Shown in pieces: positions 1-12,404 of a stretch of 64,000 nt of DNA. Source of the stretch: Podarcis gaigeae. Lineage: Eukaryota. A program made the translations under genes and the position numbers. Positions within the stretch are counted from its first letter, which is position 1, and each line of letters begins with the position of its first letter. The notes under the pieces were generated by a model. That model was not told the DNA's origin, ran no database searches, and saw only the letters and a list, made by a program, of their open reading frames with translations. The stretch lies in assembly GCA_964106915.2 (NCBI GenBank), contig OZ066923.1. One strand, given 5' to 3'.

Positions 1-868
1 GAGTCTCAATTAGCCCCAGCGGCCTCCAGATGTTCCCTAATCAAAGCCCCGGGCCACTCTGCTATTTTGTTTCCAGGGGTTATTAGCAGCCATTTGAATT
101 TTGGAAGCAGTGCAGGTTCTGGAGCTGCTATGCCATCTCAAGCAGATGTCTTATGCACTCAACGCACTGAGCCGTGAAGGGAATCAGGCCTTTCTCTGCA
201 ATGCCCTGTCACCTGTTTGTCTGTTACGCCCCTTTCCTAGCCCCCTCCTGGGAGCCAGATACAACACAGCAACACAGATGGCTCTGTCTGTGGCCCAATG
301 AGCCAAAAACCAATTATTAGATTGTCGTGCTGGTGGTGATGATTAACCCTATTACCAGAACAGGAAAAACTGCATAGCTCGCTGCTTTGAGATAGTGGTG
401 GTGGGTGGATTCCGGTATCAGTTTTAAGATAACAGCTCTGTTCTTCAATGAATGCCACCTCGTCAAGTCTGTGGTTTCTCCCACCTAACCCCTTAAATGG
501 TCCTTGTGTTTTCTCTGCCACTTCTGACAGCTCCTGGCATCCTAGGGCTGACCTCCACATCCCCTAGTTAATACTCTGCATGGACATGTAGCACATCGCC
601 CTCGGGTAACATGGCCATTAGGACAGGGGGCACCACAGACACGGAGATGCCAGCATAAACAAACTTCATGAGCCAAACCACAAGGAGTGTCTGCTGCTTC
701 TCCAGCCATGGGACTCCAACTGCTTTCCATGCAAATAGCTGTGCCCAGGTCACAGTTCAAAAGGGAAGTGTAGGATCAACACCTTAGCTTAAACTTAGAA
801 GTGCATTTAACCTCTCATGAACCTGCTGAATCCTTTAACCTGCAATATGCCTTATGTACTAATCTGAT

Positions 869-1235
869 GGGAAACGGGTGGCGCTGTGGGTTAAACCTGA
901 GCCTAGGGCTTGCCGATCAGAAGGTCGGCGGTTCGAATCCCCATGATGGGGTGAGCTCCTGTTGCTCAGTCCCAGCTCCTGCCAACCTAGCAGTTCGAAA
1001 GCACGTCAAAGTACAAGTAGATAAATAGGTACCACTCCGGTGGGAAGGTAAACTGCGTTTCCATGTGCTGCTCTGGTTCGCCAGAAGCGGCTTAGTCATG
1101 CTGGCCACATGACCTGGAAGCTGTCTGTGGACAAACGTCGGCTCCCTTGGCCAATAAAGCGAGATGAGCACCGCAACCCCAGTCGGCCACGACTGTACCT
1201 AATGGTCAGGGGTCCCTTTACCCTTTACCTTTACC
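869..1235 (+). mobile_element. Sauria SINE (Squam1)
   Basis: GGGTGGCGCTGTGGGTTAAACC head, GGTTCGAATCC B-box, typical body and (ACCTTT)n tail. Confidence 0.93.
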
Positions 1236-2331
1236 AAGTTGATAAATGCACTAAAACCTTTGGCAGGACTGGAGGTGTGAGTTTGAGTTCTTCATATGAC
1301 CAGGAAGGCTGGGACAGCTGAGAATAATCCCTGGCCAAGCTCTTGGGAGAGCCACACTAGGATAAATGGACCCGTGGTCCAATTCAGCACGAGGCAGCTT
1401 TAAATGGCAGGAGGATGGGCTATGAATCAGAAGTGGGGAGAACAAGACTTGGCATCTCCAGTTAAAGGGTTCTGGGTAACTGGGATGGGAAACGCTAAAG
1501 ACATGCAGGGCTAGATAAATAACTAGCACCATGCAGTTTCTTATACACATTCTCTCCCTCTCTCACAATGAGTTAGGAGAACATCTATGCTCTTCCAATC
1601 ACATAAAGGGTATAACGACTTCTATTTGTACCTAGCATGAGTTGGTAGATCAAGTAGTGTATTTTCTGTGATTTTTTTATGTTCTCCTCTTCCTGTAATC
1701 AGGGATTGGACACTGAAATGAGAGCTGACCTAATTGTGTCACTGCAAACGCAATAAATGAAGAGTTCACTTGTAACTTCACTTGTAGGTAAACAACTTAA
1801 AGCAGGGGGACAGGTAAGTTTTGTATTAGTGGGACTGGGGGTATTAACTATGTATGTGCAAATAGGCTAGTTATTGTCTCACCTTCATCCTTGTAGCTGT
1901 ACCCCTGCTTTAAGTCATTTACCTACTGTCTCTCTTGTGCATTATTTACTACAAAGGTATGCCTTAATTATGCATTACATGGATGGAGCATTGCTCCTCC
2001 TACCGCCACCATTAAACCCATCCATCACCAACAGGTCCCAGGGCACGCTACAGCAATTTAAAATTCAGTATTAAAAGCAGTCAAAACAAATTACAATACA
2101 GCGGTAGTCTGTATTTTACAATTTTAGGACGTCCTAATGGTTTTATTGCACACTGCCATGAAATCTTTTTGAATGAGTTGGCAGTGTAGAAATACACTTA
2201 TAGGTAAAATAAATCTAAACTTATTCCCTTATTTGCCTTTTCCTCCTAAAGAAGAAAACCTCCAAATGCTTCAGTACGTCCTTGAAGGGAAGGACCTGAA
2301 GGGTGCTACCTGGCCCTCAAGCAAGCCTTAC

Positions 2332-2468
2332 CTGTAGGCCACAGTGCAGGTGTCCTTGTATTCCTGGAGTTTGACACACACCATGTTGAGGAACTGGTCA
2401 GAGTAGGCGCTCAGGTCGTGCATCAAATTCATGAGGTCCTGGACGGTCTTTTCCACAATCACTGTGCT
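2332..2468 (-). CDS. EXOC4: EXOC4/Sec8 next coding exon, 137 nt (likely orthologous to human exon 12)
   Basis: Translates [45 protein letters not shown](R). Acceptor ttcggcag| ends at 2469 and donor AG|gtaagg starts at 2331. Joins the 220-nt exon in frame (..RPLLQ|STVIV..). Confidence 0.96.
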
Positions 2469-2473
2469 CTGCC

Positions 2474-2475
2474 GA

Positions 2476-2531
<56 letters not shown>

Positions 2532-2532
2532 A
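2474..2532 (+). repeat. (GAAA)14 microsatellite forming the EXOC4 acceptor polypyrimidine tract
   Basis: Read directly. It ends 2 nt before the acceptor CAG. Confidence 0.97.
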
Positions 2533-2759
2533 GGTTTTTTTAAAGGCTTGTCATGGTGGGCCCCTGCCAAGAAAAACATTTTTCAAGCCTTTCTAAGTTT
2601 ATTTGGCACAAGCAAGCAAACCAAGAACACCATAGTTAGTCTTAATTAAATGCAAAAATTCAATACAATGGCGTAAGATTCTTGTTTTCAACTTTGGGTG
2701 CTTAGCACTTCTTCATGCAGAATATAGCTGAATTAACCAATTCACTCTCACAAGATGTA

Positions 2760-3034
2760 CCGTAGATTCCGGCGTATAAGACGACTTTTTAACCGCGGAA
2801 AAGAGGTTTAAAAAGTCGGGGGTCGTCTTATACGCCGGGTATGGGCAGCGGCGGGCTCCACTCCGTGCCGGGAGACAGTCGCCCGGTGTGGAGCCCGCCC
2901 ACTGCGGCTTTCTCCCGGCGCAGAGCTGCCCAGCATATTAGGTGACTGGGCTTATAAGACGAACCCCCAAATTGCAGCTGCCAATTTGGGGGTCATCTAA
3001 TACATCCAGTCGCCTTATACACCGGAATCTACGG
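2760..3034. mobile_element. Tc1/mariner(pogo)-type MITE
   Basis: TIR CCGTAGATTCCGGCGTATAAG...CTTATACACCGGAATCTACGG preceded by TA. Confidence 0.85.
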
Positions 3035-4606
3035 TGGTGATGGCCACCAATCCTCTCCTTCAGAGCAAATTTATGGAGGGTAAGGATATGGCTACTAATT
3101 ATCATGGCTGTGTACAACTTCTACTGTTGGATGCAGTATGTTTCTGAATACCAGTTTCTGTGACTCACAAGTAGGGCAGGCACTCTTGGGCTAAGGTCCT
3201 GCTTGCAGGTTTCCCATAGGCATCTGGTTGGTCACTGCGAGAAAAGGTTTCTCTTTCTTTCCTAAACTAACCCATTTCCCAAAACGCACCACCCTTTCTT
3301 TGTTGGCAAAGTGCTCCAGCCCCCAATCATTTTGCTTTACTCTATATCTTTTCCAGGTAAGCAATTTTTTTTTTAGTTGGTTTCTATGAGAACCTCCACA
3401 TCCCTTTCTCAATTTGTGTTGGCCCTGAAGAGCCAGTGGCTCAAGCCAAGATCCCCACAAGTCATCTCAATGCAGCTGGTTTGCTGTTACAGCATTTTGT
3501 ACGCTGTCTGGGTATCTGCACACTTCTCTTTCGTGTAAGCCCTACTGATGGGTGCAGGAAAGAAAGTGAAAGGTAAAACTAGCTTCCAGAGGAGCAGTTG
3601 TGTTAGCTTCTTGCAGCAAAAACAAGAGTCTTGTGGCACCTTAAAAATTACTAACCAATTTAACACGCTGCAAAATAATATTTCGCTTCACAGAATAGCA
3701 GGATTATTTTCTGAGCCGTGCACTTAAAAGCAAGAGGCTGAAGCATCTCCCAAGCCCTGCTTTGGTTTACATATTGAATTAAAGTCCTCCATGTTGCTGA
3801 TTCCATTGACTGCGACAGGTGAGGCATTCTCTCCCCGCCTCCCTTGCAAGAGAGTTGGACACTTTTTGCATTTGAAGTTGCAAAACCTCATCAGAGTCAA
3901 AGCTGGAGCCTCTCCGCTACCCTCCCCCAAGCCTGGCTTCCTTCTCAGCATCGATTTTAAGATTAAAGTACTGCAAGAAGGACCCAGATCCATAATCCTG
4001 TTCCTGCAGATTTACCGTTGAGTGACAGGAATTGATTCTGCTCTCCAAGCTGCTAAAAAGAATAAGGAAGCCTCCCCCTTGCTTAGCGCTGCAACCCGGC
4101 CCTTTGCATGTGCGGCACGTTATTCCGAGGGAAGTTTGACAGTCGTCAAAGGCACTTTGCAGAGAGTGTCCTTGGCTGGGAATATAGGGTGGTGAAAAAC
4201 ACTTCAGCTTTGCACATCTACTGATATTCCACAGCTGCCCTGTACAACTCATGACTTTCTGAGCTGAAGGTATCCCCTCGGTCATTGCCTCAGTCCAACT
4301 GGAGCTTGAGGAAGCTCCTGCTTTTCAGAGGCTGCCTGGGGCTGAAGGAGGTAAGGCTGGTCAAGCACCTGGCCAGCCAGAGCACTAAAAATATATATGA
4401 TGGAACTGAGCCTTGGACTGAATTACAATCTGTGCATGGCAGCCCCCGGGCCAGAAGCACTAACAGATCAAACTCCTGGGTTTCAACAGGTCCTTTTGGG
4501 CATTGACTCACAGACCTTCTACTGTCCTTCAAAATGTTCCATCTTCTCTTTATCCAACTTTATGTTTGTGTGTCATGTTCAATTGTCCCTGGAGGAATAT
4601 CTAGTA

Positions 4607-4831
4607 CAGTGTTACCTTGAGTTACATACGCTTCAGGTTACAGACTCCGCTAACCTAGAAATAGTACCTCGGGTTAAGAACTCTGCTTCAGGATGAGAAC
4701 AGAAATCAGGCTCCGGTGGAGCGGCAGCAGCAGGAGGCCCCATTAGCTAAAGTGGTGCTTCAGGTTAAGAACAGTTTCAGGTTGAGAATGGACCTCCAGA
4801 AACAATTAAGTTCTTAACCAAGGTACCACTG
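4607..4831 (+). mobile_element. Tigger/pogo-like MITE (uninterrupted copy)
   Basis: TA|CAGTGTTACCTTG...AAGGTACCACTG. Confidence 0.85.
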
Positions 4832-5439
4832 AATTGTAACAATTGCCCCAATGAAAGTCACCAGATGCTACAATAAGAGCGAGAGATGATGCGTCCGAAA
4901 ACAAAAGTCTTGGGTTGCATGTGCTCTGGGCAAAAAAGAAATTAGGTTTATGCACCCGAGTACCTGCCGTTGGTTTTTTGGACTCACAGTGAAGGTAAAA
5001 CTAACCAAATTTCAAGCTTCCTTGATTTCAGAAGCCCTTCAGTTGGCAACTGTCATGGATTTGAGCACACCACTGGTCAGATCTCTACTGCAGATAAAAC
5101 TGACATTTTGAGTGTGACTACCCATCAGTGGCTGAGCATCTACTTTGTAAGACCAGGGTTCAACCCTGGAAGTATCTGTTTAGAAGGATCCGAAAGCAGG
5201 TTATGGGAAAGACCATCCTCTGCATGAACCCATGCTTGGAGAGCTGCTGCCAACCAAAGAAGGCATTCTAGCCTAAAAAGAGGTTGTTGCTGCCATCAAT
5301 ACTTTTTGTATCTTTTAGATCTTATTAAGATTTAATGTGGAAACTGTTAATTTGGTTGTGTACCTTCTGATGTGTTTTATTTATTGCTTATGACTATTTT
5401 TATTATACGTATTTTTTTCATGTTTTAAGCTGCCTTGAG

Positions 5440-5785
5440 GGACGCGGGTGGTGCTGTGGGTTAAACCACAGAGCCTAGGACTTGCCGATCAGAAGGTCGG
5501 CGGTTCGAATCCCCGCGACGGGGTGAGCTCCCGTTGCTCGGTCCCTGCTCCTGCCAACCTAGCAGTTCAAAAGCACATCAAAGTGCAAGTAGATAAATAG
5601 GTACCGCTCCAGCGGGAAGGTAAACGGCATTTCCGTACGCTGCTCTGGTTTGCCAGAAGCAGCTTAGTCATGATGGCCACATGACCTGGAAGCTGTACAC
5701 TGGCTCCCTCAGCCAATAAAGCGAGATGAGCGCCACAACCCCAGTGTAAGTCACGACTGGACCTAATGGTCGGGGTCCCTTTACC
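5440..5785 (+). mobile_element. Sauria SINE
   Basis: Full length, with TSD TTTAAGCTGCCTTGAG. Confidence 0.94.
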
Positions 5786-5836
5786 TTTAAGCTGCCTTGA
5801 GCATGGTTTTCACTATGGAAAGGCAGCATGCGAATA

Positions 5837-6162
5837 CGGTGGTGCCCCGCAAGACGAACGCCTCGCAAGACGGAAAACCCGCTAGACGAAAGGGTTTTCC
5901 GTTTTGGAGGCGCTTCGCAAAACAAATTTCCCTATGGGCTTGCTTCGCAAGACGAAAATGTCTTGCGAGTTCCTGCGGTTTCCCCCCCTTCCCCCCCTTT
6001 TTCTAAGCCGCTTATCAGCTAATCCGCTAAGCTGATAAGCCGCTAAAAGCCGCTAAACCGCTAATAGCGCTAAGCTGTCAATGGGCTTGCTTCGCAAGAC
6101 GAAAAAACCGCTATACGAAGAGCCTCACAGAACGGATTAATTTCGTCTTGCGAGCACCACTG
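5837..6162. mobile_element. Tigger/pogo-like MITE
   Basis: TA|CGGTGGTGCCCCGCAAGACGAA...TTCGTCTTGCGAGCACCACTG|TA. Confidence 0.88.
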
Positions 6163-7606
6163 TACAATGGTGTACGCATGCATGCATCTATGTATGCTGT
6201 GGTCAAATCCTGCTTGCTGGTTTCCCGCAGGCATCTGGTTGGCTACTGTGAGAACAGGATGTTGGACTACACTGGCTATTGACCTGATCCAGCAGGATCT
6301 TACCTTATGTGCTCCTTAATGAGGAAGAGCACACCTCATAGGGAGGGCATTCCACCAATGGAGAACCCCCACCAAGAAGGCCCTGTCAATGAGTCTGTGC
6401 CAACCAGGCAGCACCCAGCTGTGGTACCACCAACAAGGGCCTCCTCTGCCAACTGTAGGGCCCGAGATGGTTGCTACCAAGGGTGGTGCTCTTTTAAGTA
6501 TTTGAGTTCCAAATTGCTAGGGACTTCACAGGAGGAAGGTATGGGTTTTTGTGGTTTTAAAATTAGGAGGACCACGCACAGGAAAAATAAAAATAAAGAA
6601 TGTTGCAATATTGAAAATATTTTTGTCTGGAGCGCATGTATCATGTTTTGAAATGATTTCCTGAATAACATTTGCCCAAACAAGAGAAACAGGGATTGAC
6701 TGGCCCGTGGAAGATAGGAAACTTCTGATATTTGATCCTGTGTGCAGACTTCTGGTGTCCATCACACAACAAATCTGTGTAGGCCAGATGAAAGTATTTC
6801 AGCCTCGCTGATATTGTACTTTACCATGATGGTGGATCTTAAAATTCAAGCAAACTAGAGATGAAAATTTCGCAGAACCCAGCACCCTGTATACGTTTAT
6901 GTGTAATTTTCCTGCTGGGACATTTGGCGGGGTGTGTTTGTGTCAGTGTCCTGTGTATATCTGGGGTTTTTAATTACTTTTCCTTGGCTAGCCTCCTGCA
7001 AGTGTTCAAGCGCATAAATTCACAGCATAAGGCTTTGGGAAGCATGATTCATTCCCTCGATGTGGCACTGATGGGGTCTATACAGCAGGGGGCTCCAGTG
7101 ACCCGTGATGGGGCACTATTCATTAGGGAAGGGAGCTGCAAATATATAAATCAACATGTCAGAAGAAGGAGCCCTGGCCCGACCCAGCGGGAATGTGCGA
7201 TACATACAGATTTGTTCCACTCCACGCCATTTCACCTGTCGTCAGCAGCGTGTACCGCGCAGTAATCAATTAGGCTGACAAGATTCTCTACAAATCGGCT
7301 TAGCTCCAGCTCCTCCTGTGCCTTTAGGGTGTAGCACAGAGAAATGAGGCTGCAGCTAAAGGGAGAGAGAGGGATGCTCCCCTATAAGAAAGAAGCAGTT
7401 TTAAAACTTAGCACAGAGTGTTGCTCTATCAACGCCTCTTAACAGTAAGAGCCAAATGGAGACTCCATGGTCAGAGACCCTATACCTTTGAATGTTAGGG
7501 AGCAAAGACCAGGAGAGGACTGTTTCTGTTTGTTACTATGCTATGTATTTTTGTGTTTTCATATTGAAAACTGCCCTGTGATCCTCGGGTAAAGGGTGGT
7601 ATAGAA

Positions 7607-7607
<1 letters not shown>

Positions 7608-7642
<35 letters not shown>

Positions 7643-7664
7643 ATTATTATTATTATTATTTATT
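7608..7664 (+). repeat. (TTG)n(TTA)n microsatellite
   Basis: Read directly. Confidence 0.95.
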
Positions 7665-7751
7665 CTCGAGGGGCCTCTGGCTTGATCTAGCAAGGCTCTT
7701 ATGTTTTATAAGAGCTATTCAGGGGAACTGTTATGCTGGGGAGAGGGAAGG

Positions 7752-8168
7752 TGTAATGGTTATATGGGGTTGCTCGTGCGTAAGTTGCCACCACTCCTGG
7801 CTAGGTAGCCTGGTTAAACGTTTCCTGGCTGGACAGCCCTTCACTTCGTGGCTGTTCAGTCACTAGCAGAATCCGTCAGTGGGCGTTTCTTGAATTTCTT
7901 CCAGCAAAGAAATTCTTTGACGCCAAGTCTACGCCTACTTCTGCGCAGGGTGGGTGTGGGTAGCAGAGGCCCTGTGCTCTCCCCGCTCGTCTCCGGCGAA
8001 GAGTCCTGGAGCCCTCTCTCCGATTCCCCCATCCGCCCCCCTTTATCCCTGGCGTTACGCTGATTTCCTTCCCCAGCTGCTGAGTCCCCTCTCTCTCTGC
8101 TTGGCCCTTCTCCGGCACCGCTTGGGAGCCCTGCCTCCAACCCTGGCTCCAATGTCAGTTCCCTGACA
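7752..8168 (-). mobile_element. Solo-LTR-like element (probably Gypsy), 417 bp, copy 1, carrying an ORF
   Basis: Minus strand reads TGTCAGGGAA...CCATTACA. Perfect 5-bp TSD GAAGG (7747-7751 / 8169-8173). Same family as 22731-23165. Confidence 0.88.
7856..8167 (-). CDS. LTR-embedded open frame, 103 aa, no initiating ATG (VRELTLEPG...RRRLGVKEFLCWKKFKKRPLTDSASD*)
   Basis: Open from base 2 of the element. Differs from copy 2 by an in-frame 18-nt deletion. Confidence 0.55.
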   Translation of the reverse strand, partial: VRELTLEPGLEAGLPSGAGEGPSRERGDSAAGEGNQRNARDKGGRMGESERGLQDSSPETSGESTGPLLPTPTLRRSRRRLGVKEFLCWKKFKKRPLTDSASD

Positions 8169-8694
8169 GAAGGCTTTGGGAAACAGACCCAGGTTGCAAA
8201 CTCAACATCACTTAAAGGTTAGTTGAGCCACCCTGATATATATTCACAGAGACGGTGGTTGAAAAGTGGCAGAAAGGTGGATTTTTTCTGTCCTTTCAGT
8301 GCACACTTAGGAGGACAAGCAAAAGGGGATTCAAATCCTCATTAGTGTCATCACAAACATTCCTTGCATAACGTAATTCACACTATTCCCTCAACGTAGG
8401 CAACACAAAATTCAACTGCGCAAACTCTAAGGAAACTAAGATTTTGGTTACACTACCAGGACTGGGGAGACCTAAATTCAAATCCAATATCCACTATAGC
8501 ATTTACTATTGACCTTAAATGTCTCTGTTACTTTGCTTCTTCCTACCTCCTTTCTCCATCTGTGCCACCTCTTTGCTCATCTGCCACTGATCTCCATTTT
8601 AAGCCTAACATTTCCACAGCTGCCCTGTTTGTGGGCATTTTCCTGAGCTGCTACTGACCACTGGAACACCCTGACACACAGTAGCACAGAAAAT

Positions 8695-9003
8695 GGCCTT
8701 ATACTGAGTCAGGCCGTTGATCCATCTAGTTCGGTATTGTCTATACTGCCTGGCAGCAGCTCTTCAGCGTCTGAGACCGGGGTCTCCCAGTCCTGCCTAG
8801 AGATGCCAAGGTTCGAACCTAGAACAGGCATGGCCCTCCAGATGTTTTGGGACTACAACTCCCATCATCCCTGATCACTGGTCCTGTTAGCTAGGGATGA
8901 TGGGAGTTGTAGTCCTAAAACATCTGGAGGGCCAAGTTTGGCCATGCCTGACCTAGAGCCTTTTGCATACAAAGCACAGGTTCTACCACGGAGCAACAGC
9001 CCT
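8695..9003 (-). mobile_element. tRNA(Ala-like)-derived SINE (Squam3-like), interrupted by a hAT MITE
   Basis: Minus-strand head GCTCCGTGGTAGAAC..TTTGTATGC..GGTTCGAACC. Body matches the 41075 copy. Confidence 0.75.
8825..8950 (+). mobile_element. Palindromic hAT MITE
   Basis: CAGGCATGGCC...GGCCATGCCTG termini, 8-bp TSD ACCTAGA(A/G) and an internal inverted repeat. Confidence 0.9.
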
Positions 9004-9749
9004 TCTTTGACACCTGCTTTACATTTTTCCACATTTCCCAGGAGAGAGACAGGACTCATCTTCTTACTCAGGCCTTCCTGTAAGATTTGCTTCCTGCATG
9101 CCTTCCATTTTCTACCTTTTCGTCCTTATATGTTGTATCTCTCTTTAGATTATAAGTGTGTGACTGGGCCTGCCAGTCCATAATCTTTCTTATGCACCCA
9201 TTCTGCTTTTTGGTATCATATAGATTCATCAATATCTATTAGATTTATCTATCCATAACTACCTCTCGTTATCTCTTGGCTAGAGATATTGGGCCCAGAA
9301 AAGGACTTCCAGAGCTTGCAATCCTTGCTTTGAAGCTGAGAAAAACATCAGACGCTTCTGCAACTTCAATTAAAACAAGAGCTTGAAGTCTGAAGGACAG
9401 CTCTGAGGAAAACTGCAGCCATTTTGAAAGGCTGCCCCAAAGCCAAAGACCCTTCTCTATGGGGGCCCCTTGAACTAGAGAAGGGAGAAAACTGGCTTTG
9501 GTCAGCACATCAGGTCCCTATTGCCCCATCCCTTCTGGGCCAAATTTGGCAGGTGGGCTTCACATGATACGGTGCTTTGAAGTCCCCTAAATCAATGGAT
9601 TAATTCAAAGTGCACACAAAGTTCTTTGCAAGCCCCTTTGAAGGATTTGCAAAGAGCCCTGCCCTCAGCTTTGAAATCCTGCTGAGCAGTAAGACTTCAG
9701 GAGCAGTATGCTTGGGGCTTCTGAACCGCCACCAATCAGCGGAAGAATT

Positions 9750-10770
9750 TATTTTAAAAATCCAGGGAAAGAATATGAACAGAAACAGGAAGGGAAGAAC
9801 AACTGAACCTCTTAAGAGCATTGTAACAACAAATTCAACTGAGCAAAGTAGAAAAATATACTAAGAATATCAAACAAAAATGGCTTTAATATGGGAATAA
9901 ACCTTCAAAACTTAACAGTTTATCAATGGCATTGATAAACGCCATTATCAACATACTTAAAAGAGTACAAGTGCCATGCCTAACACCATCAATTAAGTAT
10001 AAGAACTAAACAGTTGAAACCTCACAAGATATAAGTGAACATGGCAAGTTTACCAAGTACCAGGAAACACCCGTCAAGAAAACAGATACTAGAATATTTT
10101 CCACAATCACTGTGCCCAAAGTCACTAATGGAGATATAACAATGTTGGGAGTCCTAATAATGGAAAAGGAAATTAATGAGATAATAGCTGACTTCATAAC
10201 AAAGCATCAGGACCAGATGGGCTGAGTTTTTAAAAATCGTTTTCGGGGGAAAAGCACTTACATTACGGGAAAATGATAAATAAGACTTTGCAAATGGGAA
10301 ATTTGCCAACATCATAGTCAGAAGTGATTGCAAAAGTACTTCCAAAAGCAGGAAAAGATTTGATGATTCCACAATCAGATGGACCGATTTCCCTCCTTAA
10401 TCAAGATGTAAAAATATGGAGCCCTCTATTGGCAAACAGGTTAAGCAATATTATTTCAATATGCATATACCAGGACCAAACAATGTTTATAAGGAATAGA
10501 AAATTACAGTCTAGTGCCAAGAAGGCAGTGGATTGAACAGAACTATGTAATAATCAAACAACTACCAGCCTTTATTTTCCTGGATGTGGAAAAAGCCTTT
10601 GATAAGAATGAACTGGAAATTTGTATCAAGGATGCCACAATAAAGAAAAGGAACAGGAACTTTTAAAACATGGGTGGACTTGCTTTACTCTAAACCAATG
10701 CCCTGTGTACCACCCATCTACATGTATAATAATAGAAAGAGGAACAGGGCAAGATTGTCATTTCATAGAA
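9750..10770 (+). mobile_element. Degenerate L1/Tx1-like LINE ORF2 (RT) remnant
   Basis: Fragments across frames: PKAGKD..PISLLNQDVKI..LLANRL..DQT.FI, IFLDVEKAFD and ERGTGQ. A-rich sense strand. Confidence 0.8.
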
Positions 10771-11331
10771 TTTGTCATCGTTATTGTTTACACTTTATTT
10801 GAATACATACAGAATTGGCAGCACATGCACAATTCACTCTGATCACAGAATCCAGGCGCGAAGGCCTGCTTGCTGGTGCAGAATGGGATGGCTTCTGGTA
10901 CAGAGCACACTTAATTTCTCTTCCAATCTTCCTCACACTTGTCATTCACTCAAAGGTCATTTCATTATAGGCAGAGACAAGCAGCCTTCCCCAGCCCTCT
11001 CTTTGAGCCTAAGGCCATACTACTTTGTGATACTCACAGAGATTGACAGGATTTCAACACTGGTGTGAACACTGCTAGGAAAGGTAGCACCAGAGGCAAA
11101 ATTGCCTTCACAACATCTGCATCAGTCTATCTGGCTAACATGCCCAGCCTGAGTTCAGCCACCTGGGTTCAAGGAACCCAATACTTTGGGTTCCCCCACC
11201 CCCAGCACCTGGCACACAAACATACTTGGGTGCCAATTGCAGTGCTGGGATTATTTTCCTGATGTGACATTTAGTGAACCTCTATAATTTGTGTGTGGTA
11301 GTGCAAAAGCTCATTTGCAGGAAAAACACTA

Positions 11332-11683
11332 AGAGACGTGGGTGGCGCTGTGGGTTAAACCACAGAGCCTAGGACTTGCAGATCAGAAGGTCAGCAGTTC
11401 GAATCCCCGCGACGGGGTGAGCTCCCATTGTTCGATCCCTGCTCCTGCCTACCTAGCAGTTCCAAAGCTAGGTAGTGCAAGTAGATAAATAGGTACCGCT
11501 CTGGCGGGAAGGTAAACAGCGTTTCCGTGCGCTGCTCTGGTTCGCCAGAAGCGGCTTAGTCATGCTGGCCACATAACCCGGAAGCTGCACACAGGCTCCC
11601 TCGGCCAATAAACCGAGATGAGCGCCGCAAGCCCAGAGTCGTCTGTGACTGGACCTAATGGTCAGGGGTCCCTTTACCTTTAC
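11332..11683 (+). mobile_element. Sauria SINE with 50-bp TSD
   Basis: Full length. Flanks 11282-11331 and 11684-11733 are identical. Confidence 0.94.
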
Positions 11684-12404
11684 CTATAATTTGTGTGTGG
11701 TAGTGCAAAAGCTCATTTGCAGGAAAAACACTACAAAAAAATGTTTGCAGTGGCCATAAGTGTGGTCTGCAGGCCACTGAGATCAAGGTACGAACAACAC
11801 ATACCAGAATCCTGGGAATTAGGTGATCCTGGAGGGTCACTGCCAGCTACAATGCTGCAAGACTGGATGCACACAGGCAGTCTATTTTTTTATTTGCTTA
11901 TTTAACAAAATTTATATACCTCTTGGTTGTAATAAAACCTCTAAGGCGTTTAAAAGAAAGACAAGGATATCAATAAAAAAGGTAAAAATGATCAACACAC
12001 TTTATAAATAGTTAAAATTAACAGTAAAATAGATTAAACCATGTCAGCATCTACATGGTTGGATACGTCTGCCTCAACAAGCAAGAGCAGAAAACAGTAG
12101 AGAGGTGTCTGCCTCATCTCCCTCCCTCCCTCCCTCCCCCCCCTCTCTCTCTATATATAATATCAGTATTCCCCCCCCCCCCCCCAGCAAACTGTTACTG
12201 CTCTCTGAACTTCCAGGTTGTAGACTGGCTGCAAATATTGTACTATTTTTTTTAAAAAAAAGGAAGATTACTGAGGGAGAAACATGATACAGGTTTATGT
12301 GAAAAGAATAAATATTAAACCTAGGACTGTAATGGACAGGCAGTAGGCTGAAGAGCAGAAAAATTGCTTCACACAGTATGACTCAGTTTGTGGAACTCAC
12401 TTAG

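Noticed and set aside
917-1171. Recurrent peptide (..TCFRTARLAGAGTEQ..GFEPPTF) in many ORFs
   Set aside because: These are translations of Sauria SINE copies. Unlike the LTR frame, the copies show frameshifts and variable starts and stops.
2469-2579. N-terminal part of track ORF 2328..2579 (MFFLAG...FLSFFLSF)
   Set aside because: It is intronic read-through of the (TTTC)n tract. Only 2332-2468 is exon.
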